A DNA stretch of 64,000 bases, from contig CBDIID010000003.1 in NCBI GenBank assembly GCA_965279515.1, positions 672,001 to 736,000 of the forward strand, read 5' to 3'. This document shows positions 1 through 10,638 of this stretch, piece by piece (the stretch's first letter is position 1; each line of letters starts with the position of its first letter). Origin of the DNA: Turneriella sp. (GTDB taxonomy: Bacteria; Spirochaetota; Leptospiria; Turneriellales; Turneriellaceae). The notes below the pieces were generated by a model. That model made no database searches. It was not told the DNA's origin and saw nothing but the letters and a program-made list of their open reading frames with translations. The translations under genes and the position numbers were made by a program.

Positions 1-1
1 G

Positions 2-244
2 ACAAAGAAGTTGAATACTTGGTGGGATGCGGTAATACTTGTTTTCACTTACAAAGAGATGATGCGATTTATGGATTCCGTCAAAACTGTTGGCGGCCAC
101 GCGGATAAGATGTTTGGGTTTGGATTTGATAACAAGAAAGCTATTTTTCAGACGCGTGGCGATCAGCGTCGCCGGACCAAAGATTATTCTGATTTTCTTT
201 TAGAAAATCGTATCGATTTGATCGCACGTCATTTCAAGAAATAG
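2..244 (+). CDS. C-terminal part of a hypothetical protein (5' truncated by the window edge)
   Basis: Frame 2 is open from the window edge to TAG at 242-244; convergent with the helicase gene. Confidence 0.55.
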   Translation, partial: TKKLNTWWDAVILVFTYKEMMRFMDSVKTVGGHADKMFGFGFDNKKAIFQTRGDQRRRTKDYSDFLLENRIDLIARHFKK

Positions 245-252
245 CCTGATTT

Positions 253-3024
253 TCAAGCCCTCTCAATCTCCACATAGCCCACCAATTTGGCGGTGTAGCT
301 ACCATTTTCTGATACAACTTTCTTGTGTTCAAGCTCTCTCTGCAATGCTGGCTCCACTTGCTTTTCAAGAATCACGGTTCGTGCGCTCATGGTTAGGGTA
401 TTTGATGCAGGTAAGGCATTAAATAGCTCCTCTGAGTGTTTTTCGATCGAAGGAACTCTGGCCCCAGAACGGCTGAAAGCGATTGGCTGAAGTACCGTGC
501 GTCTGCCGCCTCCGATTTCTGCAGCTTCGACAAGCCATAGCGTGAGGACGCTCGGTTGCTCCACCGGCGATGATACGATGATCCCCAGTTCTTCAGGAGG
601 CAAATTGCGCCATCGTTCAAGCTCAGCGGCCACAAGCGGGTGATCCAACCCGAGCAAGGCCAATTCATCCTGAGCGGCAGCTTTGTCCCGATCGAGACTG
701 ATACGCATTGATTTGGAACCGGTAGCCGATATTAGGTCATAAGTCGTATTATCTATTTTAACGAGACTCTGATTGCGATCTGCCAGAGAGGCCGAAAGAA
801 ATTTCAGCAACCGATCGATGCTCGATGAAATATCTGAAAATGGTTTGTAATCATCGAGACTGAACCCTTCAAGATCTTGAAACAAATCAAATACTACCTG
901 ACGAGCTTCGCGCGAATTCGATAAGGCCGCTTCGAGTTCAACTTGCGTGCGTTTGAGTTCGGGGTCAGATAGAGCTTCCTGATATAAGCGATCGTAGTTC
1001 AGGCGCTCAGAAAGCTGTCCGAGAATCTGGGCCCGAAGATCTTCTGCTACATTACCCTGGTCGTCAACCTTGCCGACTGTTCTGGCGATTTCTGTCAGCT
1101 TTTCATCTAATAACAGAAAGATGCGACCCTCAATGGTATCGCCCAAAACAAGGTTGTACACTTGCGCCGTGTGTTCCTGGCCATAGCGATGAATTCGGCC
1201 AATGCGCTGTTCGATATCCATCGGATTCCATGGCAAATCGAAGTTGAATAGGATGCGTGCGAATTGGAGGTTAATACCCTCTCGGCCAGCTGCCGTGCAG
1301 ACCATGACTCGAGGGCCTTCTTTCTGCCGAAATTTCCTCTCGGCAGCAAGCTTGGCACCATGATCGCCACCACGCAGAACAACGACACCCTGATTGGGAA
1401 ACGTCTGGTTGATTTCACGCGCAATCATATCAACTGTGCCCAGATAGGTGGCGAAGATCACGATCTTTTCTGATGAGTTTTGTTTCCAGAGTGTACCCAA
1501 GCCATCTAAAAGCTTTTGGGCCTTAGTCTCGCGCTCAGAGGGAAAAAGGTTGAGAAGTTCGGTAATGCGCGCCCTCTCTTCGGGCAGATGCAGAGCCACT
1601 ACTGCCGAGGCTGCATCTTCAGCATGAGCGGCACTGTATTCGCTTCCGTAAGGATCTGAAGCCATCTCCAGGGCTTCTTCATCAAGCCGGCGCATGAGCC
1701 GATAACGCAAGTCCGCAACAATGCGATCTACCTCGAGTCGCCCCATGCTGTCGCGCTCCAATGCAAATTGATCGTAGATAAGATTTCTGGCCTCTTCGGT
1801 CAAACGCTCACGACCTTCGATATCAAGATTCTCATCTCTCAGAAGCGCCTCGTGTAAGGTCAGCATCAACAGCCGTTTCTTAAGGGTGCGCTGTACCGCT
1901 GCAAAGCTGGATGCGGCAATCTTCTGGAATATGGCCATCAAGAACCCGAGGGCGCGACCCTGGTTTCCATTTCTGCGCGCAAGATCGAAACCGTCTTCGA
2001 GGTACTCACGTAATTTCTCGTAAAAATTTCGTTCTTCATCATTCATGGTAAATGATTCGGTATGCACCCAGCGACGTGCAAACAATGGACTGCCATCGGG
2101 TTGACACGAATCAGCTTTGGTGCGACGAAACATGACGGTATTCAGCCGGTGCCGGTTCTCGACCATATCTTCAGGATTATTAAATAGTGTTGGATTCAAT
2201 AATTGAATGAGCATCCAAAACTGAAAGTGGTTACCCTGATGCGGCGTTGCAGACAGAAGCAGCAAATCACGGGTATGATCTTTTAACGCTTCAGCGAGTT
2301 TGTAGTTCTCAGTTTTTCTGACCTTGCCTCCGAGGCGATAGGCATTCAAGTGATGTGCCTCATCAAAGACCACAAGATCCCATCGTGGTGCTTCGAGTAA
2401 ACGGCGAATCCGTGCCGGTCGCTTTAGCGTGTCAACGCTCGCGATAAGGCGATCGTGCTTGGCGAAGGCATTGGTCTTGCGGTCGGTAATATCTCCTTCA
2501 GAACCAAAGACTTCAAAGTCGAGATTAAATACTTCGTTGAGTTCGCGGTGCCAGTTATTGACGAGACCTGCGGGTACAACCATCAACGCCCGATTCAGCT
2601 CACCACGACTCGCGAGTTCGCGCAATATCAGGGCGGTCTCGATCGTTTTTCCCAGACCCACTTCATCGGCGATGAGATAGCGCCGGGGTGAGGCGGTGGC
2701 AATGCGATGGGTAAGTACCACCTGATGGGGTAGCAGGTCAATTTTGGCAGAGGTCAGGGCTGATGCGCTTTCCATAATTGGAAGCGCATGCGCTTCATAC
2801 GCCAACCATGCTTTACGGGCTCGCTCTGTGCCACCCGCCACAGAGCCCAGAATGCGCTCTGTGCGTGAGAGCTCACGGCGAATCGAACCAACCGGGACAC
2901 GATGTTCTCCGGTGCTAAAGAAAACGCGCGCATAACCATCGCGCGCAGCTTCAACAATTACGCCCTGGCCGTATTGGGCATGGGTAACCCGTTCGCCCGG
3001 AGAAAAAATCTGCATCTCAGGCAT
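253..3024 (-). CDS. SNF2/SWI2-family helicase (RapA/DrmD/BrxHII-like)
   Basis: Motifs LLPHQ, IADEVGLGKT, DEAH, SATP, GREGINLQ and EQRIGRIHRYGQ; Tudor-like N-terminus (GERVTHAQYGQG). No C-terminal nuclease domain is evident. Confidence 0.9.
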   Translation of the reverse strand: MPEMQIFSPGERVTHAQYGQGVIVEAARDGYARVFFSTGEHRVPVGSIRRELSRTERILGSVAGGTERARKAWLAYEAHALPIMESASALTSAKIDLLPHQVVLTHRIATASPRRYLIADEVGLGKTIETALILRELASRGELNRALMVVPAGLVNNWHRELNEVFNLDFEVFGSEGDITDRKTNAFAKHDRLIASVDTLKRPARIRRLLEAPRWDLVVFDEAHHLNAYRLGGKVRKTENYKLAEALKDHTRDLLLLSATPHQGNHFQFWMLIQLLNPTLFNNPEDMVENRHRLNTVMFRRTKADSCQPDGSPLFARRWVHTESFTMNDEERNFYEKLREYLEDGFDLARRNGNQGRALGFLMAIFQKIAASSFAAVQRTLKKRLLMLTLHEALLRDENLDIEGRERLTEEARNLIYDQFALERDSMGRLEVDRIVADLRYRLMRRLDEEALEMASDPYGSEYSAAHAEDAASAVVALHLPEERARITELLNLFPSERETKAQKLLDGLGTLWKQNSSEKIVIFATYLGTVDMIAREINQTFPNQGVVVLRGGDHGAKLAAERKFRQKEGPRVMVCTAAGREGINLQFARILFNFDLPWNPMDIEQRIGRIHRYGQEHTAQVYNLVLGDTIEGRIFLLLDEKLTEIARTVGKVDDQGNVAEDLRAQILGQLSERLNYDRLYQEALSDPELKRTQVELEAALSNSREARQVVFDLFQDLEGFSLDDYKPFSDISSSIDRLLKFLSASLADRNQSLVKIDNTTYDLISATGSKSMRISLDRDKAAAQDELALLGLDHPLVAAELERWRNLPPEELGIIVSSPVEQPSVLTLWLVEAAEIGGGRRTVLQPIAFSRSGARVPSIEKHSEELFNALPASNTLTMSARTVILEKQVEPALQRELEHKKVVSENGSYTAKLVGYVEIERA

Positions 3025-3545
3025 TAAGAAATCCTTGGATGGTGGAGACCGATCCAGGCCGGGCCATCTGGATCAGTATTGACAGCGGTTAGATCGATAA
3101 TACGCGCTGCGTCGGCAGCCGCGCCAGCCCAGAGAATACGTCCGATTTCAATGCGGCGACTCCCGTGCGGTGCTGCACAGATCCATGAATATGCATCTGA
3201 GGCGCTGTTCATTTTCACACGATTCTTGCCAGTAGGCAACCAGAAGATCAAGGCGGCCTCAAGTCCGAATTCATTTTGAAAAGCGAGCATCGCCGGCAAG
3301 AGATCGGCCTTCAGCCACTCTTCAGCAAACGAAGGATCAATCAGATCGAGACAGCCTTCAAGGCCTGCGACGACAAGTGCGTTGCCGGCGTTACCCGGCA
3401 GATTTTCAGGCCAGTGGCCGACCATGGCCAAAAACTGGCGGATTGACATTACATTTTGTGGCGCGGAAACATTGGCCAACGCTTCAGGCCCCCAAAGCAA
3501 GCTGATACCGCGCCGCTGCCAAATGCCGTCTTTGAGTAGTTTCAC
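3024..3545 (-). CDS. Hypothetical 173-aa protein of the defence operon
   Basis: GTG start overlaps the methylase stop (GTGA) and its stop overlaps the helicase start (TAATG), indicating translational coupling. Confidence 0.8.
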   Translation of the reverse strand: MKLLKDGIWQRRGISLLWGPEALANVSAPQNVMSIRQFLAMVGHWPENLPGNAGNALVVAGLEGCLDLIDPSFAEEWLKADLLPAMLAFQNEFGLEAALIFWLPTGKNRVKMNSASDAYSWICAAPHGSRRIEIGRILWAGAAADAARIIDLTAVNTDPDGPAWIGLHHPRIS

Positions 3546-6500
3546 TGCGATGCCTCTTCAAAGAATAGTGCCATTTGCTGCACCTCTTTCTGGTGCTGCT
3601 GGGCCCAGCTGTTGTAAATTGCCAGCGCCCGATCAGCGGCATTGCGAATGCTTGCTTCGACGCCGTGCTTCACAAACCAGTCGAGCAGCGTTCTCAGCGC
3701 AGCATGTGGTTTAAAATTCTGGTTCTTAAGAGTGTCAGCCGCATTGATGCCACTGCCGTCATAACAGGCGCCAATCAACACCAGCGCCTGATCGAGATCA
3801 GAGGTTAATTTATGCTTGTGGCGCCCATGCCAGTCTTGCGCAAATGTCAGCGGGCTAACGAACGAAAAGATTTTATCGGCCTCGCTGCACCAACCCCTCT
3901 GTTCAAATTCGTCGGGAGCAATACCCGAACCACGCAAAAACTTCTGCATCTGGTCACGCGCGACTTCATGTTTGCCAGCAAAAATACGCAAGAACTGCCG
4001 CGTGATGGGTTCGGCATTGACGGGCGGCAAATTATCTGCTTTGCCTGAATCCTCGTCAATCAGTAGATTGATACCGACCAACGCTTCTTTGACGCTGATC
4101 GCGCGATCTTCGTCGACGAGTACCTTGCCGTAATGGCGTGAGAAGTATTCGAGCGCCTTACCGCGGCGAATCACCTGCAAATCGGCTGCGGGTAGACCTT
4201 CTTTTGCATGGTTTTCGAGCAACGACTGTAGCTGTCGTACGTCGGCCAAAACCTCGCGCCGCATGCGCGCCCAGCTGACTGGAGTTGGCTCTTCGGAGCG
4301 TTTACGACAGACGTGTATAATGTCGTATTCGATTGTCTTAGAACCGAATTCGCCTTCGCCCTTTGTCTCATCTGAGCGGATCGGATAAGTTGCTTCAAGA
4401 TAAAAGCCAGCATCAAATAAACTTTCCAGAACAGAAACCCACGGGTCGTCTTCGCTGTGATGGAAAGTAAAAGCCAGAATACCGCCCGGTTTGAGAATAC
4501 GGTGAGATTCTCGCCAGCATTGAGTTAATACTCTCTGATAGAAAACCGCAGCATTATCGGGTTCTCTTGCATGATTCTCGACTGCCTCAAGGGCTTTTGG
4601 AGAATATTCGGCTACAAAATAATCTGGGTACTTTTGTTTCAAAGCAAGCCGCAACCAGACATAAAAGAAATCCGAGAGCTCAGAGTAATGCAGCAAACCA
4701 CCAAATGGCGGGTCGGTAATCACCAAATCAAATTCGCCGACAGATATTTGATTTAGATCTGTCGAAGAAGCGGCGTAGAGTTTAGCATCCAATACCGGAT
4801 CTCCCGGCCTAACTTTCTCACTCTTGCCTGAAACCTCAGCAGCCAGCGAGGAATTATGTTTTTTCAGAGTCTCAACGCTTACGGCTTCCCACGGCGATTT
4901 TGTCCAATCGAAACCTTCAATTATACCTTCAGTCGACGAAACCCAATTTCCTCGGCCGAGATCCGGGAATAAGCAGTTCTCAATCACAGTTGATTTTGGG
5001 TGAAAATTATTCTGGGAAAAAAATGGTTCTGGCGTATCTCTTTGTGGATTCCAAATACTAAACATGCATTGATTACGCAAGTATTGCTGAAATGCGCCCA
5101 ACACATATTCGCGCACATCCCACGAATAACTACCAACAGAAACTGTAGCTTCCAACAATTGGGTATGAACCAACAGCTGGCGTGGATTGAACAATGTCCA
5201 CCAATGGGTATATCCCTGCTGATCCAGTCTGTTACGCTGGTGAGTCATGTGGCCGAAAGGAATTTCGCTCATAGGCCAGTATTTTTTCAGATCTGTATGC
5301 TTGCGTTGCTCCCATTCTACACATGCGGCATTATAAGAATCCGCGATCTTCTCGCTAAATGGTGCAAAAAACCGACCATCGTACGACGCGCCAGCAGCCT
5401 TTCTTTTGGGTGCGAAGCCCTGGATGGCGTACCCAGCCATAGGTCCGGTCTTTCCAGTGGCTTCGATTGTCAGTGGAATCGATTGCATCGTACCACATGC
5501 GCCGCAGGTATATGTCGATTTCTTTGGCACAGTTCCGACATTAGTCTTAAACTTAATTTTCGTTTCGGGACAAATAACCTCCTTTGGCAATTCACCGCGC
5601 ACCTCAAGCAATCGAACCTTACTCGCCCGCTCCAGATTCCAGCGTGCTGTCGATTCAGCGTCATCCTGTGCCGAGCCACCATACGGCTTGCCGTCTGCAT
5701 CATTTTTCGGACTGCCAGCCAGCCATTGTGGATGCACAAGAAGAGTTAACTCAACTTTTTTCGATTTCCCATCACGGACACTGACAAGCTCTTCATGCCT
5801 ACAATGCGGGCATTTGCTCACACCCGTAGTGTCCCGCACAGCAAATGGATCTTCGCTGTCAGCCACGACGAGCGGCACGTCAGGCGCCATGCGAGCGGCC
5901 TTATCTTCAACGTGAAATTTCTTTTTGCATTTCGGGCACTTGTGCTCACTGTATTTGATGCTCAGACTTTTTACAGCCATCACAGGACTCGGCATGATCG
6001 GTGTACGATGCCCACAGCCGGTTACCTGACAGGGGCCGTGTTTACCCCAAAATGTATAAATGATTTCGGGGCCCTGATAGTCGAAGAATTTGCGCTCATC
6101 CCAGGGAATTGTCAACGGATCAAAATCCGTCCCCTTGACTTTACCTGTACGCTTATCGGTCCATTTACCTTTTTCACCATTCGGGCCATCGCAGTAATAA
6201 TAAGGCATGATCTGCGGTTTGACTTCCGCTTCGATATCGGCGAGCAGCCCTTTGACTTCGTCGAGGTCAACCTTCGCAAATTCCTGTTTTACTACGAACC
6301 ATGCCACCGGGTTCAAATCGTTGCCCGTCATCTGCATGCCGAGGCGTGAGCCTTCAACCAGCGTAGTACCCCCGCCCATGAAGATATCGGCGACCTTTAG
6401 ATTTTTGAAAGCTCCCTTCTTTTGATGGTTGGCGTAATAATTATCCCAAACAAGCTTTGCCGCCTTCGCGGGGTCATCTGGGGCCTTAGTGGCGGCTGCA

Positions 6501-6745
6501 ATCAGCATCGACCGAAAAACACTGGAACGGCGACGCGCCCACCACTTCGACATCTGGTAAATCGGCTTGCCAGCATTACCTTCAATGATCGCTACCTGAT
6601 TAACCGGCAAGATTGGAAAATCTACTTCGAGGCAGGTTTTGGGGCGATTGGGATCGCTGAAATCAACAGTCTCAAGCTCAACCACTTTGCCGGCGCCTAC
6701 TGCTTTGGCGACTTCCTGCGCCAACAATTCTTTCTTCGAGGCCAT
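3542..6745 (-). CDS. DUF1156-domain amino-DNA methyltransferase with Zn ribbons
   Basis: KWWARRRSS (DUF1156-type), SAM motif DIFMGGGT, catalytic TDPPF, several CxxC pairs, and LKPGGILAFTFHH. Confidence 0.88.
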   Translation of the reverse strand: MASKKELLAQEVAKAVGAGKVVELETVDFSDPNRPKTCLEVDFPILPVNQVAIIEGNAGKPIYQMSKWWARRRSSVFRSMLIAAATKAPDDPAKAAKLVWDNYYANHQKKGAFKNLKVADIFMGGGTTLVEGSRLGMQMTGNDLNPVAWFVVKQEFAKVDLDEVKGLLADIEAEVKPQIMPYYYCDGPNGEKGKWTDKRTGKVKGTDFDPLTIPWDERKFFDYQGPEIIYTFWGKHGPCQVTGCGHRTPIMPSPVMAVKSLSIKYSEHKCPKCKKKFHVEDKAARMAPDVPLVVADSEDPFAVRDTTGVSKCPHCRHEELVSVRDGKSKKVELTLLVHPQWLAGSPKNDADGKPYGGSAQDDAESTARWNLERASKVRLLEVRGELPKEVICPETKIKFKTNVGTVPKKSTYTCGACGTMQSIPLTIEATGKTGPMAGYAIQGFAPKRKAAGASYDGRFFAPFSEKIADSYNAACVEWEQRKHTDLKKYWPMSEIPFGHMTHQRNRLDQQGYTHWWTLFNPRQLLVHTQLLEATVSVGSYSWDVREYVLGAFQQYLRNQCMFSIWNPQRDTPEPFFSQNNFHPKSTVIENCLFPDLGRGNWVSSTEGIIEGFDWTKSPWEAVSVETLKKHNSSLAAEVSGKSEKVRPGDPVLDAKLYAASSTDLNQISVGEFDLVITDPPFGGLLHYSELSDFFYVWLRLALKQKYPDYFVAEYSPKALEAVENHAREPDNAAVFYQRVLTQCWRESHRILKPGGILAFTFHHSEDDPWVSVLESLFDAGFYLEATYPIRSDETKGEGEFGSKTIEYDIIHVCRKRSEEPTPVSWARMRREVLADVRQLQSLLENHAKEGLPAADLQVIRRGKALEYFSRHYGKVLVDEDRAISVKEALVGINLLIDEDSGKADNLPPVNAEPITRQFLRIFAGKHEVARDQMQKFLRGSGIAPDEFEQRGWCSEADKIFSFVSPLTFAQDWHGRHKHKLTSDLDQALVLIGACYDGSGINAADTLKNQNFKPHAALRTLLDWFVKHGVEASIRNAADRALAIYNSWAQQHQKEVQQMALFFEEASQ

Positions 6746-7747
6746 TTAATGAGTTCCTGTTTTTGAAATTTCGACCATGGGTGAGAGCACTTCGAGTAAC
6801 GAAAGCCCACCATGAGCGAGCGTCGGGTAACCACCCTGACTTTTCCATTTCCACCGACCGAGCGCCAGCGTGTGGTCTCCATGTGAGCCGTGCAATTGCA
6901 TCGCCACCGGCGGCACGAAGGGGCCCGTATCTACTTTGCCCGCAACACTTCGGCCGCTTGAAAATGTCTGCTTCAGATAATTGCGCACCTCACCGTCTGC
7001 GTCTGGAAAATACCCCGTCGCCGCATAGCCATGATCCGACGTGATCATGAGTCGCCGACCGGTTGCGAGCCTTTCTACCAGAGTCCAAAATCCATCGCTC
7101 ATGAGCTGATCGGCAGCATCTTTTGTGAGCGCATCGAGGCCCTGACCGGCACCTGAGCCTTCGTGCACTTTGCTATCTGGCCAATGGTGCCATAGAATCC
7201 AGTTTGGATTTCCATTGATAAGTCCCGCGCAATCGAGCCAAGGTAAGTCCACGCATTCGGTATGTGCAGGCTGCAGGGAGTGCGACGTGCCACCGCCATT
7301 ATTCTGCAATTGGCTGCGGCTATTAAAACCCATTGCCTGCGCAAACTGATTCGTTTCGCCTGGTATTTCAGAAGCAGTCGCCGAAAATCCATGTATTGTC
7401 AAACCGCGCTGCTGGGCGCCTTGCACGAGCCAAGGTAGCTCACGTAACGAGAGGCCATCGAGAATTAAGATCGCTTTGGCATTGAAAGGCTGCGCCCACC
7501 ATTTAATTAAGGCCTCAGACGTGCGCTCAACTGAAGCCGCGAATTCGTGCCAAAGATCCCAGCCCGCAGTCGCCAGAAAATTATCCAACGCGCCGATCTC
7601 CCGGTCGCGTTTGCTGACTTCTCCAACGGCAGTGTCAGCAGCCAGTGGTTTGGCAGCAATGCTCGTGATGTGAGTGATGATTTCTGTCCAAGCAGCCTTG
7701 GCATCGGCCGTAGTAAGCCTGTGCAGCAGCTCGGGAGCAAGCGCCAT
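6746..7747 (-). CDS. PglZ-like alkaline-phosphatase-superfamily protein (333 aa)
   Basis: Metal-binding motifs ILILDGLS, ITSDHGY and AHGGLSLLEV. The probable ATG at 7747 overlaps the upstream stop (TAATG). Confidence 0.8.
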   Translation of the reverse strand: MALAPELLHRLTTADAKAAWTEIITHITSIAAKPLAADTAVGEVSKRDREIGALDNFLATAGWDLWHEFAASVERTSEALIKWWAQPFNAKAILILDGLSLRELPWLVQGAQQRGLTIHGFSATASEIPGETNQFAQAMGFNSRSQLQNNGGGTSHSLQPAHTECVDLPWLDCAGLINGNPNWILWHHWPDSKVHEGSGAGQGLDALTKDAADQLMSDGFWTLVERLATGRRLMITSDHGYAATGYFPDADGEVRNYLKQTFSSGRSVAGKVDTGPFVPPVAMQLHGSHGDHTLALGRWKWKSQGGYPTLAHGGLSLLEVLSPMVEISKTGTH

Positions 7748-10452
7748 TAGCCTTCTTCCTTTTCTAAATTCAGCTCGAAAGTCAGGCCATCTGGTAACTT
7801 TCGCAATATTTCCTTTAGCTGTGCCCCCGTCGCGGTTGATACCTTGATATTTACCTCGGCAACTTTGGTCGCAGGGCCAATGCCCCAATTTTCAATCCTG
7901 CCGATAAGATTCAGAGCAGAGGTAGCTGGGTTGCTGAGTGGTGTGCGCACTCGGTTCGCATCGCCAGCACCCTGCGGGTTGAAAATACTACCAGCTGAAC
8001 CATTGGCTGGGCTTACTGGCTGCGTATTGGATCCGTCACCAGCAATATTTCCCTCAGAATCAGGGCCAGCTATTCCTGTGTTGGGAGCAGTCCCGCCAGT
8101 GGTCGATGCAGCAGATGGTAGAATAATGTTGATTTCATCGAGCTGACGCCCAGTGTATGGCAGTTTCGGTCTAATTCTTTTCCAGGCCACATCTTCATCT
8201 TCGCCGGGCTGAGTCTGTACGTATTCCATGCCGCGCACATTGATTGCGATCTTTCCGCGCGCACAGATGCGCAGCAGTTTCTCTTTCATCACGGTTTCAC
8301 CGAGCCATGGTACGCAGTCCGTACCGCTGGGCCGTGGTTCTCTCAGGTCACGTAAGAGTTTCCCGAGTGTTGCCCCTTCACTCGCCGCCGCCATGACCAG
8401 CTTCTCAAAATCTTCCGGTACAAAAAGATCATTGAACATAGCTTCTTCAATCGCTGCCGGAATCTGCGCTCCTTGTTTCTGCAATTGCTCGATGCTGAAT
8501 ACGCTATGGCGTGGCTCGGCAAAATTGAATCGCTGCAAGATCGCGAATCGATCGAATCGTTTTTTGAGCAATTCGCGCAATTCGCTCTGGTATTTGGTGT
8601 GCAGTTTTCGGTATTCCGGATTCTGGCCACTCCAGTCATGAGCCTTCAGTGAAGCTCGAGCGAGAACCAACAGTTCACGGTCTTGAAGCGCATTCTTGCT
8701 TCCGGTGCGCGGCAACAAGAAGCGAACTGTATTTCGACGCTCCTGCAATTGTTCTTTAACCCACCTTCCTAAGCGCTCGTTGATGTTATCCGGGACTTCT
8801 GGTAATACAACTATCGGCAGGCGTTCATCCCATTTATCTGGCTTATCGTTTTCTTCGACTCCACTCCAGGGATCAGTAGACCATGCTTGAGGCAGCACGA
8901 TAATCCGAACAGTATTGGTTATATCTGCTACGCCGCCTATTGAGTATTTGATTTCACGTGCAAGATGCTTTGCATCATCACCGTTCACAAACATCTTGTC
9001 GTTTCGCGCATAGGCCATCAATTTTGCCTGCGGATTCTCTTCTTCGCGAAAGACAAGGCGATCGCCATCTTGATGAATATTGAAACTGTTCTCAATGATT
9101 GCTGACAATTCTACTTGAAATCCATTATCATCAATAGCATCAGTCCGGGTAACGTCAGCTTGTAACTGATGGGGATCGGCGCCAGCTTGATTCGCTACGG
9201 CTATTGAACGCAACCACAAGGCGCCAACAATGTCGTGCAGGTGTGCAAGATTGCGCTCCGCACTTTCAACTGCTTCTGTCACAGAAATAATATTCTGTTG
9301 CGCCTTTTTCCTGAGTGCACGGTGGTGCTCATTGGCAACTGAATCAAGTAAAGCTCCAATGCCAGAAGCATCATCATCAAGGCGAAAGTCCGCTGCGGTG
9401 AGCAATGGAACTTGTTCGCCGCGGCTCTTAAAAAGATTCGCGAGAATGCGAATTAAATCCCGGGTTTCCTGCGCATCAGTAGCAACAAGCACCTGTTCTT
9501 CCAGCAGGCGTAAAAGATGAGGGGCAAACGGCCAACATTCTACAAATTCATTCTTGCGCCGTTCGTGTTCGGTCGCTGGTATGTCACACAACCGAAAATA
9601 TTCTGAGACGTGTTTTGCAACAAGAGCCTCGATATCAGATGCAGAGATCTGCAGCCGATTCTCAAATAAACGGTGCAACAACATGCGCCGTCTGTCCTGC
9701 TGCATGCGCTCGGCGTTGCCACCCGCCTGAAAGTCTATGGCGATGGGATTCACTCGGTGTATCTGTTTGTACGCATCTGTAGCGCCATTACGCACCGATA
9801 CTACTAGGACCAATAGCTCAGGTCGGTTCTTTGCAATTTCGGACAGGATTTGAATAAAATTAAATGCCCATTGTTTGTTGGGATTCTGCTTACTATCCAG
9901 CAGACCATCGAACCATGTTTGAAATTCATCGAGCAATAACATGGTGGGCTTGTTTTCCAGTAGTTCTGTAATCAGTTTATCTGATGGTATATCGGTATTT
10001 AAGCCAGCCCATTTACCCTTAATATATTCGCCGTGAGGATGGCGTTCAAACAGAACATCCCACAAATATTTATACCGCTGGCGGTGAAGGCTCTCGCCAA
10101 TGACGTGCATTTCGGGTCTTAGCGGCAGTTTGCTCAATTCAGGTCTGCCAAGAATGCCAGCCCAGGCGTTGAGCCAGTTGCTTGTTGCTGATGGGCCAGT
10201 CACGGCGTGGTGAAGCGCCGCCATTAAGTGTGATTTACCCAGGCCCCTTTCGCCGATGACAACCACTGGTCGCCCTTGTTCCGGAGCAATTGCTTCGATA
10301 CCCTTCAGTAGGTCTAATGTTGGGTAAGTAATATTCAGAAAGCTTTCAGCACCGACCTGCGTCGCGCCTGTATTGTCATCGTTGGCGAGTTCAATAGCCG
10401 TGCCTTTGAGGCGCTTCCCACGAAACTCTTCGCGTAAGGTCAGGTCTAACAT
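7747..10452 (-). CDS. DUF499-family (BrxC-related) AAA+ ATPase
   Basis: Walker A GERGLGKSH, Walker B LLLDEFQ, FLNITYPT and WPFAPHL motifs; adjacent to the DUF1156 methylase. Confidence 0.82.
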   Translation of the reverse strand: MLDLTLREEFRGKRLKGTAIELANDDNTGATQVGAESFLNITYPTLDLLKGIEAIAPEQGRPVVVIGERGLGKSHLMAALHHAVTGPSATSNWLNAWAGILGRPELSKLPLRPEMHVIGESLHRQRYKYLWDVLFERHPHGEYIKGKWAGLNTDIPSDKLITELLENKPTMLLLDEFQTWFDGLLDSKQNPNKQWAFNFIQILSEIAKNRPELLVLVVSVRNGATDAYKQIHRVNPIAIDFQAGGNAERMQQDRRRMLLHRLFENRLQISASDIEALVAKHVSEYFRLCDIPATEHERRKNEFVECWPFAPHLLRLLEEQVLVATDAQETRDLIRILANLFKSRGEQVPLLTAADFRLDDDASGIGALLDSVANEHHRALRKKAQQNIISVTEAVESAERNLAHLHDIVGALWLRSIAVANQAGADPHQLQADVTRTDAIDDNGFQVELSAIIENSFNIHQDGDRLVFREEENPQAKLMAYARNDKMFVNGDDAKHLAREIKYSIGGVADITNTVRIIVLPQAWSTDPWSGVEENDKPDKWDERLPIVVLPEVPDNINERLGRWVKEQLQERRNTVRFLLPRTGSKNALQDRELLVLARASLKAHDWSGQNPEYRKLHTKYQSELRELLKKRFDRFAILQRFNFAEPRHSVFSIEQLQKQGAQIPAAIEEAMFNDLFVPEDFEKLVMAAASEGATLGKLLRDLREPRPSGTDCVPWLGETVMKEKLLRICARGKIAINVRGMEYVQTQPGEDEDVAWKRIRPKLPYTGRQLDEINIILPSAASTTGGTAPNTGIAGPDSEGNIAGDGSNTQPVSPANGSAGSIFNPQGAGDANRVRTPLSNPATSALNLIGRIENWGIGPATKVAEVNIKVSTATGAQLKEILRKLPDGLTFELNLEKEEG

Positions 10453-10620
10453 TTCGTTCCCGATGGCTTAAATAGACCCGAAGTTGCCTGATGGAATACC
10501 TTCAGGCCGACACGATTCCATTTCAAAAGAGGGGTTTGGTTTCTTAGATGCGAGCAAAACTTGCTTGATAAACTTGATCCGGACACGAATCCTAATCAAA
10601 CTGCGCGAGTGTTTGTCAAT

Positions 10621-10638
10621 CTGGATAAGGCTATCCGG
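10621..10638 (-). terminator. Hairpin directly after the nuclease stop codon
   Basis: CTGGATA-AGGC-TATCCGG inverted repeat next to the stop at 10639. Confidence 0.4.

Noticed and set aside
7748..7888. N-terminal extension of the PglZ-like ORF in the track
   Set aside because: It overlaps the DUF499 gene; the coupled ATG at 7747 is more plausible.
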